64,000 bases of DNA from Sulfolobaceae archaeon (GTDB lineage Archaea; Thermoproteota; Thermoprotei_A; Sulfolobales; Sulfolobaceae). Positions 19,928 through 29,071 of the stretch are shown one piece after another. Position 1 is the first letter of the stretch; the number at the start of each line of letters is the position of its first letter. The translations under genes and the position numbers were made by a program. The notes below the pieces were generated by a model. It was not told where the DNA came from. It made no database searches and was given only the letters and a program-made list of their open reading frames with translations. The stretch covers positions 32,001-96,000 of the forward strand of contig JAWARQ010000005.1 in the NCBI GenBank assembly GCA_038893355.1. The letters run 5' to 3'.

Positions 19928-22201
19928 TTAGAACTGAGTTGCTAATCTTATATTATCTAAAATTAGATTATACGAAATTGCCTTTCTTATTATCTCTTCT
20001 TTTATAACGTTAAGGAATTCCTCTTTCTCAACTATCTCTCTTACAGTGTAATCAAGTTTTTTTGAATTTCTTATACCCCTAGTTAATTCAAAAGCAATTT
20101 CATTATAATCCATACCCTTAAGTATTTCATAGATCTTCGAAGAAATTTCTTTTATAGTCGCTTCAGATGCTAAATAGCGAGCTATCTCTTCTCTATTCAA
20201 ACTATCAAGTATTAGAGCTCTAACCCTTTTAGAGAAATTCCTTCTTAAAATAGGTATTGCGAGTAATGCAAAATAACCTTTGCCACCTACACTCCACATT
20301 ATTACCTTCTCTGCAATGTCATCAATTGAAGACAGTATTGCCTCTTTATACGCTTGTACTACTATATTTATAATTTTCTCTTCAACTTCTCTACTAGTTT
20401 TAGTTGTCTTAGTTGAAATCTCAGTAGGTGCTAGATAGGAATAAACTGATGTTGCACCAAATTTCCATGTAGAAAACGGACATATAGTTAATATATCTTC
20501 TTTTTTCTCTACGCTTACTATCTTCCCTAAATAATTAGTTATAAATAATCCAGCACAATCGTTATTATCGCCACTAATTCCTAACCTTTGAGCCCAGCAT
20601 CCAGCATGAATTTTTCCTTTTATAAAATCTTTTACGATTTCATAAACTAGAATTCCCTTATCACCGCTAAGGAGATTATATATATATAAAGCCTCGGGGC
20701 AGAAGAAGTAAACATATACTGCCCCCGACTCCTCCTTGATTCTTCTTATCTCCTTAACCTTCTCTTCAGCTTCCCTTATCTTCCCACTAATGTAACTATC
20801 AAATCCGCAACAGATTCCGTCGACTATTTTAAATCTCAGGGAATAGTTCTTTATCTTATCGCCAGACTCTACTATGAATTTAAGGAAGCTTTCTACTCCT
20901 TTCCTATCATACTTATAGCTACAACCTATGAAAAGTAATACTAGTGGTTGATTTTTATAAATTGAATTAACTACTTTTTCTACTTCACCCTTTAAAACTT
21001 CAGATACCTTTTCTATTTCGATCTTTAAATCAGATGAGGGAGAAATTCTCGGAAGTTTTTCCATATCTCTTGAGATCTTTATCCCCACTGGACAAACATA
21101 CTCGCATTTGTTGCAGCCAAAGCAGTATTCAAAGACCTTTTCGCCTTTTAATATTCTATTAAATCTTCCCGGTGGAGAATTTAATATATTTTTTGTAGCA
21201 TTATAAGCTAGACATGAATTTAAACATAATCCACAATTTATACATTTTAATGCGTCTAAATAAATATCTTGAATTTCTGAATAATCCTTTGGTACTTTTA
21301 CTTCATATTTATCAAAATTATTAATTATAAATTTCTGAATTTCTGAATAATCCTTTAATGATGGATAAGGGTAGATATAAGGGTGTGCCTTCAGGAACTT
21401 AAAAATGTTACCTAATTCTTCATAATCTATTGAAGAGAAGAGCACGTAATAATTTTCTGGAGAATTATATCTTATTAGGTAACCTATTTCAAAGTCTAGA
21501 TTAAGTTCATTAACTACCTCGAACTTATCTTGAGGTACTCTAAGACTTATGGGTATTTTACCGCTCTTTAAGATTTTATATATTTTATTACTAATTAATG
21601 AAACTATGTTCTTTGTATCTTGAATAGAATCTGGCTGAACTCCTAAAATTTCTTTATAAATTGAAGGAACGAAATAAACTACTCTGTTTTCTAAAAATAG
21701 AGCACTCCAAGAATATGGGATATTGACTGAAGTTTCTATTAGTTCAGGATAGTTTACAAAGCTCATTACAGCAATGTCCTTATTTTCAAGAAAATGTACT
21801 TGCTTCTTATAATTTACAAACCCAAACTTATAACTTCCAAAACCAGAACCATTGGTGGCTATAAACCCACCTACTGTACCCTCAAGATATAAAGGAAATA
21901 TTGCAGGATATAATGAGTTTCGCGACGAAACTTCTAAAACTTCCTTAAATGTAGCTCCTGCAGCAACTCTAGCCCTAATAATTCCACCCTTCTTATCCTC
22001 AATTATTTCCATTATAGATCCGTTATCGAGTAAACTCTTAGCAACTATTGGCTTAATTCTAGAGAATTGAATAATTTCTCCTGTCATTGAAGTTAATTTC
22101 CCAACAACGACTTCAGTTTCTCTAGTTATTAGATATCTTCTAATTTTTGAAATACCCAAAGATGCAAAAGCTCTACTAAATATCGAAGCATCTAATAGCA
22201 T
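19928..22201 (-). CDS. FAD-binding / 2x[4Fe-4S] / CCG protein (AapX-type paralogue 2)
   Basis: VAAGATFKEV, GTVGGFIATNGSG; CINCGLCLNSCL, CFGCNKCEYVCP; ICCGF, HAGCW, TICPF; convergent with the ATPase. Confidence 0.8.
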   Translation of the reverse strand: MLLDASIFSRAFASLGISKIRRYLITRETEVVVGKLTSMTGEIIQFSRIKPIVAKSLLDNGSIMEIIEDKKGGIIRARVAAGATFKEVLEVSSRNSLYPAIFPLYLEGTVGGFIATNGSGFGSYKFGFVNYKKQVHFLENKDIAVMSFVNYPELIETSVNIPYSWSALFLENRVVYFVPSIYKEILGVQPDSIQDTKNIVSLISNKIYKILKSGKIPISLRVPQDKFEVVNELNLDFEIGYLIRYNSPENYYVLFSSIDYEELGNIFKFLKAHPYIYPYPSLKDYSEIQKFIINNFDKYEVKVPKDYSEIQDIYLDALKCINCGLCLNSCLAYNATKNILNSPPGRFNRILKGEKVFEYCFGCNKCEYVCPVGIKISRDMEKLPRISPSSDLKIEIEKVSEVLKGEVEKVVNSIYKNQPLVLLFIGCSYKYDRKGVESFLKFIVESGDKIKNYSLRFKIVDGICCGFDSYISGKIREAEEKVKEIRRIKEESGAVYVYFFCPEALYIYNLLSGDKGILVYEIVKDFIKGKIHAGCWAQRLGISGDNNDCAGLFITNYLGKIVSVEKKEDILTICPFSTWKFGATSVYSYLAPTEISTKTTKTSREVEEKIINIVVQAYKEAILSSIDDIAEKVIMWSVGGKGYFALLAIPILRRNFSKRVRALILDSLNREEIARYLASEATIKEISSKIYEILKGMDYNEIAFELTRGIRNSKKLDYTVREIVEKEEFLNVIKEEIIRKAISYNLILDNIRLATQF
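21270..21356. repeat. Perfect 21-bp intragenic direct repeat
   Basis: TGAATTTCTGAATAATCCTTT at 21270-21290 and 21336-21356; encodes KDYSEIQ twice. Confidence 0.85.
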
Positions 22202-22434
22202 TACAATTAATTTTTAAGTAATCTAGAATAAAAGATTGCATTCAATGTTTAATACGTTTTATAGACAAATTTTATAACAATTTTTCGTTATATATTTTAA
22301 AATTATCTATAAAATAATAATGATTGGAGTATAGATAATATAAAGATAAGATATTGTGTTTATTACACTAAATGATCATTTAAGCGAAATAGATATTAAT
22401 GTGAATTATATATTGTTCTCATAAGGGATACTAG

Positions 22435-25422
22435 TTGAATCTAAGAGAAGAATTAGAGAAGCGATTTGGTGAAAAGTTTTCCGATAGTCTATTAGAAAGA
22501 TTAGCGCACTCCGCAGATATGGGATTTGTACCCCATTTAACTTGGGCTGGGATAAAAATAAATACAATCCCAGACTATGTTGTATACCCTGAAGATGTTG
22601 AAGATGTAATTGATATAGTTAAAATAGCAAGAAAATATAATGTACCAATTGTACCATATGGAAGAGCTACTAATAGGTATGGAAATGCAATTCCAACTGA
22701 AGGAGGAATAGTCGTAGATTTTTCAAGAATGGACAAAGTTGAAGTAGATGAAAAAGAGAAAATAGCACATGTAGAACCTGGTGCTACATGGAAAATCGTA
22801 GATTTATACGCACAGCAGAAAGGGTTACAGCTTAGAACATTTCCTTCATCCTATGATTCAACTATTGGAGGCGGTATTGCAGGAGATGCACTCGGTATTG
22901 GGTCATACGAGTATGGTTTCATTTGCGATAATGTCAGCTATGTACATATGGTAAATCCAAAGGGCGAGTTAATAAAGCTAGAAGGTAAGGATTTAGCAAT
23001 AGTATGTGGAGCAGAAGGTACTACTGGATTAATAACTAAAGCGGGAATAAAATTAAGATCATTTAATGTAACAGAAGCATTGGTAGTTCCAATTGATAAT
23101 CTTGAGGGTGTAATTAAAGCTATAAGCTTATTCTATAAAGAGGCGGTACCTGCATGGCATGTTCAGATAAGAGGACCTGCAATTTCTACATATATAGCAG
23201 AAAAGTATAAGATTAACTTACAGCCCGGCAAATGGAATATGGTGATACTTTATCCGACGAGTAGAGCTACATTGGTAGAGCCTAAAGTAAACGTAATTGC
23301 AACTTATCTCTCAACTAAGCCAATGGAAACTGAGTGGACAGGCTGGTGGAACTTTAATCATGGAGTGGTAGCCGCATTAAGAACGAAACATCTCCTTATA
23401 CACCAGCACGGCTTACTTCACTTTTCTAATCTTTATAAATTCATTAAAGATCTCGAAAAATATTTAGGAAGTTTAGGGAAATTAGAGGCTAATGAGGGCT
23501 TTGATTTAGATATTGCATTGGAGAGAAGAGAAATTCTCTTAGTAAATACATTTACAGCAGTTTCATTGCAACCACAAGATAAGAAATTGATCTATGATCT
23601 TGCGAAAAATACTCTAATGGCTAATGCATTTATAGAGAATGGCGGTTCCATGCTATCTATAGGTATGTTCTTACATAAGTGGGCTAAGAATAGGTTGAGC
23701 GTGATGAGTAAGACATTTCAAGATCTAGGTGTTGATAGATATGAATATATGAGAAGATATAAGGAAGAAATGGATCCAGAAGAGCTATTTAACCCTGGAA
23801 AAGTCTTTGAGCCTAAAAAGAGGGGTAAGGTGGTATTTGAAATAGTAAGAAGGCAAAATGAAGCCTTAAGATTTAGATTTGGAATCGGATTTGTAAAGGC
23901 TATAACACCAAGAGGGGAAGTAGAAGGTTATAAGGTTGCTAGGAAGTACCTAGATATTTTTGCAGATTATGCAATGGCTTGCATAGATTGTGGAATGTGT
24001 GTAACAGTATGTCCGCAATTTAGACTCATACCAAATCAACCCTATGCTCCTAAGGGTATGTTTGACTTTGTAAAGGGCGCAATATCACATTATGAACTCA
24101 GGGGAAGTATAGATATTCCAGATTCCTTCATAGCTGAAATCTCAGGATGTCATAAATGTGGATTATGTGATGGAGTATGCCCAGCTAAAATCCCTATATC
24201 TACCTTATTGGTTAGATTAAACTCCTTAGTTGCTAAAAAACTTCCAGAAACCACTCCAGTAGAAATTCCTATACCAACTATAGACGTAAATGATGTTAGT
24301 GATAATAACAGTAATATAGTGCTTTGGATTGGAAGGAATATGGCAGAGCAAATTGGATTAATTACGCTTATTATAAAATTATTAAAACAATTAAATCTAA
24401 AATTAAAGATAATAGGGACAAAATATGATAGTGGATTTTTAGACTATATAAGCGGAAATGGGAATACCTTAATAGAGAAAATCAGAAAGAATTTAGAGGT
24501 CTTAGGTAATGCTATAGAAATTATTACATTAACGCCAGAGGATTATAAAGTATTTAGTGAGGCATATAAAGATTTTGGAAAAATTGGAGGCATAGAATTC
24601 CTAGCAGAGATTATGCCAATCGAAATTAGGTTAATTAAATTACTTAAGATTGAAGGAAAAGGTGAGGAAATTAATTTACATGTAGCCTGCTTCTCTAATC
24701 AATATGCAAATGAGATTATAAAGAGACTAAGGGAGGAAGGATTTAAAGTAAAAAAGATTGAAGGTTGTGCAGGTGCCACGTTAGAGAAGAATCTTGGAAG
24801 GAGAGCGGATAAGATGGCCAGAGCATTAGGAGAGAGATATAATGAAATTGTTACATTATGCCCATTAGCAGCAGCTAAATTTAGGAGTGTAGGAGTTAAT
24901 GCAATGACCTTAATAGAATTTATAGCAAAGAAGTTAGGATTACAAGTTACCACTACCGAGCCTATAAGGATCGAAATAACCGAAGAAGATATAAGAAGAA
25001 TTCAAAAAGTATTCATGAGTAAACTTCAGGAATCTCTATTAGCTAGAGTAAACTTAATAGTTGATACATTGTCATTTACAACTTCTGGGACAGAAGACTA
25101 TAAGAAAATTATTGAACCATTGATTGTGGAAGCATTATATGATGCGATTAGTAATATGTCGCCTATACTAGACGAAATTATATCTAAAAAGACTAAGGAG
25201 ATTACATCTCCCGATTTAGCCAGTTTCGTTAGATCTAAAATTTATATTGACGCCTCTAGAATTATGGCGCAAGTAGTACTCGACAATATTGTAGAGAATT
25301 TTGCTAAAGTTATTAGAGAAAGTACTAAAGAAGAATATGATGAAAATGTGCTAAAAACTACCGTAATAGAAATTCTAAGAGATAATTTACCTAAGATCAA
25401 AGACTGGTTAGCCTCAAAATAA
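22435..25422 (+). CDS. FAD-linked oxidase-fold / 2x[4Fe-4S] / CCG fusion protein (longest paralogue, 3)
   Basis: PYGRATNRYG, GGIVVDFSRM, VEPG, STIGG, GAEGTTGLIT, DPEELFNPGK; CIDCGMCVTVCP, CHKCGLCDGVCP; HVACF, GCAG, TLCPL. Confidence 0.85.
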   Translation: MNLREELEKRFGEKFSDSLLERLAHSADMGFVPHLTWAGIKINTIPDYVVYPEDVEDVIDIVKIARKYNVPIVPYGRATNRYGNAIPTEGGIVVDFSRMDKVEVDEKEKIAHVEPGATWKIVDLYAQQKGLQLRTFPSSYDSTIGGGIAGDALGIGSYEYGFICDNVSYVHMVNPKGELIKLEGKDLAIVCGAEGTTGLITKAGIKLRSFNVTEALVVPIDNLEGVIKAISLFYKEAVPAWHVQIRGPAISTYIAEKYKINLQPGKWNMVILYPTSRATLVEPKVNVIATYLSTKPMETEWTGWWNFNHGVVAALRTKHLLIHQHGLLHFSNLYKFIKDLEKYLGSLGKLEANEGFDLDIALERREILLVNTFTAVSLQPQDKKLIYDLAKNTLMANAFIENGGSMLSIGMFLHKWAKNRLSVMSKTFQDLGVDRYEYMRRYKEEMDPEELFNPGKVFEPKKRGKVVFEIVRRQNEALRFRFGIGFVKAITPRGEVEGYKVARKYLDIFADYAMACIDCGMCVTVCPQFRLIPNQPYAPKGMFDFVKGAISHYELRGSIDIPDSFIAEISGCHKCGLCDGVCPAKIPISTLLVRLNSLVAKKLPETTPVEIPIPTIDVNDVSDNNSNIVLWIGRNMAEQIGLITLIIKLLKQLNLKLKIIGTKYDSGFLDYISGNGNTLIEKIRKNLEVLGNAIEIITLTPEDYKVFSEAYKDFGKIGGIEFLAEIMPIEIRLIKLLKIEGKGEEINLHVACFSNQYANEIIKRLREEGFKVKKIEGCAGATLEKNLGRRADKMARALGERYNEIVTLCPLAAAKFRSVGVNAMTLIEFIAKKLGLQVTTTEPIRIEITEEDIRRIQKVFMSKLQESLLARVNLIVDTLSFTTSGTEDYKKIIEPLIVEALYDAISNMSPILDEIISKKTKEITSPDLASFVRSKIYIDASRIMAQVVLDNIVENFAKVIRESTKEEYDENVLKTTVIEILRDNLPKIKDWLASK

Positions 25423-25522
25423 TTTAATTAAATCTTTATATAGACAAGATTATTTATTAATGCAATATCTCCTCAAGTATCTGACTTAACACATTTTTAG
25501 TTTCCTAAAACTATATATCTAT

Positions 25523-25597
25523 GGACCCGTAGCTCAGCCAGGATAGAGCGTGGGCCTTCGGAGCCCAAGGTCCCGGGTTCGAATCCCGGCGGGTCCG
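25523..25597 (+). tRNA. tRNA-Arg(UCG), no intron, CCA not encoded
   Basis: Acceptor GGACCCG/CGGGTCC, anticodon arm TGGGC-CTTCGGA-GCCCA, T-loop TTCGAAT. Confidence 0.96.
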
Positions 25598-25602
25598 CTA
25601 CT

Positions 25603-25794
25603 TTTAGAGTAAATGAACAAGAAGGTATTCTAGAATTACATAATTTTATTGACAGTGGAGGACCCTTCATACCGTGTGAACTATGCTCAAAAGAGCAGAA
25701 ATGTGAGTCAGATGCCGTTTAGCTGAAGGAGACTTATGACTTACCTACCGTAAAGTTAGGCCAGTTGTTGAGGCTAAGTCCCCATACTCAATAA
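25603..25794 (+). pseudogene. Possible decayed Cys/HTH-type gene remnant directly after tRNA-Arg
   Basis: One frame reads FRVNEQEGILELHNFIDSGGPFIPCELCSKEQKCESDAV*LKETYDLPTVKLGQLLRLSPHTQ*; no start codon, internal TAG at 25720. Confidence 0.3.
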
Positions 25795-25903
25795 TGAATG
25801 ATTAAAATGAAAGAAAATGTAAAGAAAACGGAAGGTATTTGTACTAAAGATATGATATCTATAATCAGCTAACTATTAAATTTTAATAATCTCTTTTGTT
25901 ATT

Positions 25904-26581
25904 ATGGGAGATCCTAAGGAGTTCTTAGCAGATTATGTTATAGACTTTATTAAAGACAAGAAGATAATAGGCTTAGGTACCGGTTCTACAATAAAAAGAA
26001 TAATTGAAATTTTAGCAAATAAAATAGAGCTTAAAGATAAGATATTTATTTCTTCATCATTAGATACAGAATTATTACTCTCAGAACTTCAGTTACATTC
26101 TATCTCTCTAAGCCAGGGATTTGTAGCGGATATTTATGTGGATAGTTTTGACGTATTTAATGGTAATGTTCTAATAAAAGGAGGAGGTGGTGCTTTATTT
26201 AGGGAAAAGCTTCTCGCTGAGAATTCACATGAGAGAGTATTTGTAGGTGATAAGAGTAAATTCAAAATTATGAAAAGTTATGTAATTCCGTTAGAAGTTG
26301 AGATAGTAAGTGCTAAGTATGTTGTTAATAAATTAAAGAATAGAGGATATAAAGTCTTTCTTAGAAGTGTTGAGAAAGGTAAATATGGTCCAATAATTTC
26401 GGATAACGGCAATGTAATAATGGATATTGAAGTGCAAGATAATCAGAATTTATGTGAACTACATTATGAATTAAAGAGAATTGTGGGAGTTATCGAGACT
26501 GGTATCTTCTGTAAAGAGTATTATGATTATATAGTACTAGCTGATAACGATGGAAAATTGGAAATATTTAAGAAGGGCTAA
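25904..26581 (+). CDS. rpiA: Ribose-5-phosphate isomerase A
   Basis: GLGTGST, IKGGGGALFREK, GPIISDNGN, GVIETGIF. Confidence 0.93.
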   Translation: MGDPKEFLADYVIDFIKDKKIIGLGTGSTIKRIIEILANKIELKDKIFISSSLDTELLLSELQLHSISLSQGFVADIYVDSFDVFNGNVLIKGGGGALFREKLLAENSHERVFVGDKSKFKIMKSYVIPLEVEIVSAKYVVNKLKNRGYKVFLRSVEKGKYGPIISDNGNVIMDIEVQDNQNLCELHYELKRIVGVIETGIFCKEYYDYIVLADNDGKLEIFKKG

Positions 26582-26873
26582 GAAAGCTGTTTTAGAGGGT
26601 AGAATAGTTGAGGTTATAATAAAAGAGTTCTCCATCTATTTCTTTCTAGGTCATAAGTATGATTATATAGTAACTGCGAATAGTTGTAGTTGTAAATATT
26701 TTCTTTATAACTTTAAATGTTATCACATTCTAGCTCTTTCAGAAGCTCTCAAAGAGGAGAAGGTTAAAAGGATTAGTATTACTCCACAACTACTTAAAGA
26801 AATATTAATTGAAATATACACTGATGGAAAATCATTAAAACTTAGAAGATTAGTATATTCAGATAAAACTTGA
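26550..26873 (+). CDS. SWIM zinc-finger protein
   Basis: CSC...CYH (CxC-xn-CxH). Confidence 0.75.
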   Translation: MENWKYLRRAKKAVLEGRIVEVIIKEFSIYFFLGHKYDYIVTANSCSCKYFLYNFKCYHILALSEALKEEKVKRISITPQLLKEILIEIYTDGKSLKLRRLVYSDKT

Positions 26874-27004
26874 ATGATTTACAAGCTGTATACATTGCAA
26901 CCATAATAGCAATATTCTTAGGTGGTATTGCACTATCTTTATTTGAGTTAAAGTCGAAGAATATGGAAAAAAGGAAAGGAGGTAAGAAAGTTGGGAGGGC
27001 GTAA
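26870..27004 (+). CDS. Small single-pass membrane protein (44 aa), not in ORF track
   Basis: [44 protein letters not shown]; TTG start overlaps the upstream TGA (TTGA); fills the SWIM-elf1 gap. Confidence 0.6.
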   Translation: MNDLQAVYIATIIAIFLGGIALSLFELKSKNMEKRKGGKKVGRA

Positions 27005-27311
27005 AAAGAGAAAAACTAGGATAATTAAAGTTAAGCCTAAGATACCAAACATGTTTGACTGCCCTAGATGTGGTAGAAACACATTATCAATCGAATATAA
27101 AAAAGATGGAATTGCAATAATTAATTGTGGTAGTTGTGGATTATGCTCCATTTTAGAGGTACCGCAAGTTTTTGATAAAGCGAATGTGTATGGTAAATTT
27201 ATAGATTTATACTATGAAGGAAAAGTAGAAATAAAAGATGGATGTGAGGAAGGATCAAAGGAAGAGTATGAAGGGGAAAGTGGAAAACTATCTGAGCAAG
27301 TTGAAGGATGA
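26991..27311 (+). CDS. elf1: Transcription elongation factor Elf1
   Basis: MGGRKKRK, FDCPRC, CGSC, VYGKFID; GGAGGT RBS at 26978. Confidence 0.9.
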   Translation: MGGRKKRKTRIIKVKPKIPNMFDCPRCGRNTLSIEYKKDGIAIINCGSCGLCSILEVPQVFDKANVYGKFIDLYYEGKVEIKDGCEEGSKEEYEGESGKLSEQVEG

Positions 27312-28020
27312 AGGAATTCCAATACATTTTTCCCTAATAGATCCAGCAAAAGTAAAATCCTTTGAAGAATTACGTAAAATTGCTAAATTACTTTATGAGT
27401 CCGGAACCACTGCATTTTTAGTAGGTGGTACTCTTGGTATACATAAAAGTTCTCTAGATAGTGTAGTAGAAACTTTAGCTGAATTTGAAATACCAATAAT
27501 AATATTTCCTAGTAATATTAATTTAATAACTGAAAAAGCAGATGCAATACTCTTCTTATCGTTATTAAACTCAGATGACCTATACTATGTTGTTGGGGCA
27601 CAAGTAGTTGCAGCACCACTAGTTAAGAAGTCTGGATTAGAAGTTTTACCTACAGCATATCTTATAATTGGTCATGGTGGTACGGCAGGCCATATAGGGA
27701 GGGCTAGGATAATACCATATGATAATTATGAACTTGCAGTTGCCTATTCATTAGCAGCAGAAATGATGGGAATGAGATACGTATATTTAGAGGCAGGTTC
27801 AGGTGCGCCAGAAAGTGTAAGACCAAATATGGTTGCTGAAGTTGCAAGAAATACTAATATTACAATTATTGTCGGTGGAGGAATAAGAGAACCAGAAAAG
27901 GCTAGGGAACTTTTCTTAGCAGGAGCTCATATTATAGTTACTGGAAATATAATAGAGTATAATTACGAAAAAGCTATTAAGATAGTTCAAGAATTAAATA
28001 AAGTGAGGCGAAATGCCTAG
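27268..28020 (+). CDS. Geranylgeranylglyceryl phosphate synthase (start probably ATG 27268)
   Basis: [37 protein letters not shown]. Confidence 0.92.
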   Translation: MKGKVENYLSKLKDEGIPIHFSLIDPAKVKSFEELRKIAKLLYESGTTAFLVGGTLGIHKSSLDSVVETLAEFEIPIIIFPSNINLITEKADAILFLSLLNSDDLYYVVGAQVVAAPLVKKSGLEVLPTAYLIIGHGGTAGHIGRARIIPYDNYELAVAYSLAAEMMGMRYVYLEAGSGAPESVRPNMVAEVARNTNITIIVGGGIREPEKARELFLAGAHIIVTGNIIEYNYEKAIKIVQELNKVRRNA

Positions 28021-28189
28021 TAGTAAGAAAAAGAAGGAGAATGTACCAGTTCTCTCAATGGCTGGTTTAATTAGATATTATGAAGAAGAAAAGGGAAGGA
28101 TTAGAATTGATCCTAAAGTAGTTATAATAGCTAGTATTGCACTGTCTGTAGGAGTGTTAGTTTTAACTAAGTTCTTTCCATTAATATAA
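28013..28189 (+). CDS. secG: Preprotein translocase subunit Sec61beta/SecG (58 aa), not in ORF track
   Basis: [39 protein letters not shown]...; AGLIRYY..DP plus C-terminal TM helix. Confidence 0.9.
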   Translation: MPSSKKKKENVPVLSMAGLIRYYEEEKGRIRIDPKVVIIASIALSVGVLVLTKFFPLI

Positions 28190-28199
28190 TAGAAGAAAA

Positions 28200-28814
28200 G
28201 TGATTCCAACTGGTAGGGATCTAAAGAGACTAAGGGAATTAGCAGGCTTAACTCAAAGTGAACTTGCAAAGAGAATTGGAGTTTCTCAATCACTTATAGC
28301 AAAAATTGAATCTGGAAAAATTGACCCTAAACTATCAATAGTCAAAAGGATTATTGAAGAATTAGTTGAAGAAATAAACGTTAACGAGACGGTAAAGAAA
28401 GTAATGACGACACCAGTAATAGTAGCAGATGAAGATGAAGATGTAAAAAGTATTATAGAGAAGATGGAAAGGTATGGTATATCCCAATTACCAGTTGTAG
28501 ATAAAGATGGAAAGGTTAAAGGAATGGTATACGATTTCGTGTTGTTAAAGAAAGTACTTAGAGCTTCTGGAAAGTCGTTGAAGGCGAAAGACGTGATGAG
28601 TGATCTACCTCCATTAGTTGACGAAAGTAAACCAATAAATATAGTTTCACAAATGCTTACAACCTACCCTGCGGTATTAGTAATAGATAATAAACTAAGA
28701 CCTATAGGTATAGTTACCAGAAGTGATATATTAAAGTATATCATAAAAAATAGTGAGGGAGCCCCAGTGGGGGGCTCACGGGGGAAATCCCCTGAGGAAA
28801 CTCCAGCCTCCTGA
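28200..28814 (+). CDS. XRE-family HTH regulator with tandem CBS domains (COG3620)
   Basis: GLTQSELAKRIGVSQSLIAKIESGKIDP, ISQLPVVD, GIVTRSDIL. Confidence 0.9.
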   Translation: MIPTGRDLKRLRELAGLTQSELAKRIGVSQSLIAKIESGKIDPKLSIVKRIIEELVEEINVNETVKKVMTTPVIVADEDEDVKSIIEKMERYGISQLPVVDKDGKVKGMVYDFVLLKKVLRASGKSLKAKDVMSDLPPLVDESKPINIVSQMLTTYPAVLVIDNKLRPIGIVTRSDILKYIIKNSEGAPVGGSRGKSPEETPAS

Positions 28815-29071
28815 CCCAAGGAGACCGCGCAAGCGGTAGGGGTAGGCCCCCTGGCAACTGCACAGAAACGAAAGCCACATAGGGCAAGATGAAGATGAAT
28901 GCTATCCTATACTCGGTAACGAGTATAGGTGCAGGAGATGCCCTATGTGGCTTGAAACGGCAGTCCCTCCTGGAGTAAGTAAGGGGGAGATGAAAGGGGT
29001 CATGATCCCCCAAGTACGCATAGCCGAATGCCCCCTCAAAACAGAAGCTGGGTTACTACTGGGGCTCCCTC
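28755..29071 (+). ncRNA. rnpB: RNase P RNA
   Basis: GC-rich island; P1 GAGGGAGCCCCAGT pairs with ACTGGGGCTCCCTC; conserved GAGGAAACTCC, ACAGAAA, TGAAACG and ACAGAAGCTGGGTTAC. Confidence 0.95.

Noticed and set aside
25498-25670. Antisense ORF through tRNA-Arg giving ADPPGFEPGT, the peptide found at the att site of SSV1-type integrases
   Set aside because: That peptide arises from the reverse complement of any such tRNA; the preceding residues (MKGPPLSIKLCNSRIP...) do not resemble an integrase N-terminal fragment and no att copy was seen
26120-26220. RpiA motif DSFD in place of DGAD as a sign of inactivation
   Set aside because: Both aspartates, the lysine and the catalytic glutamate (KGGGGA..REK) are retained
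28741-29013. 90-aa minus-strand ORF
   Set aside because: Antisense to the GC-rich RNase P RNA; shadow ORF
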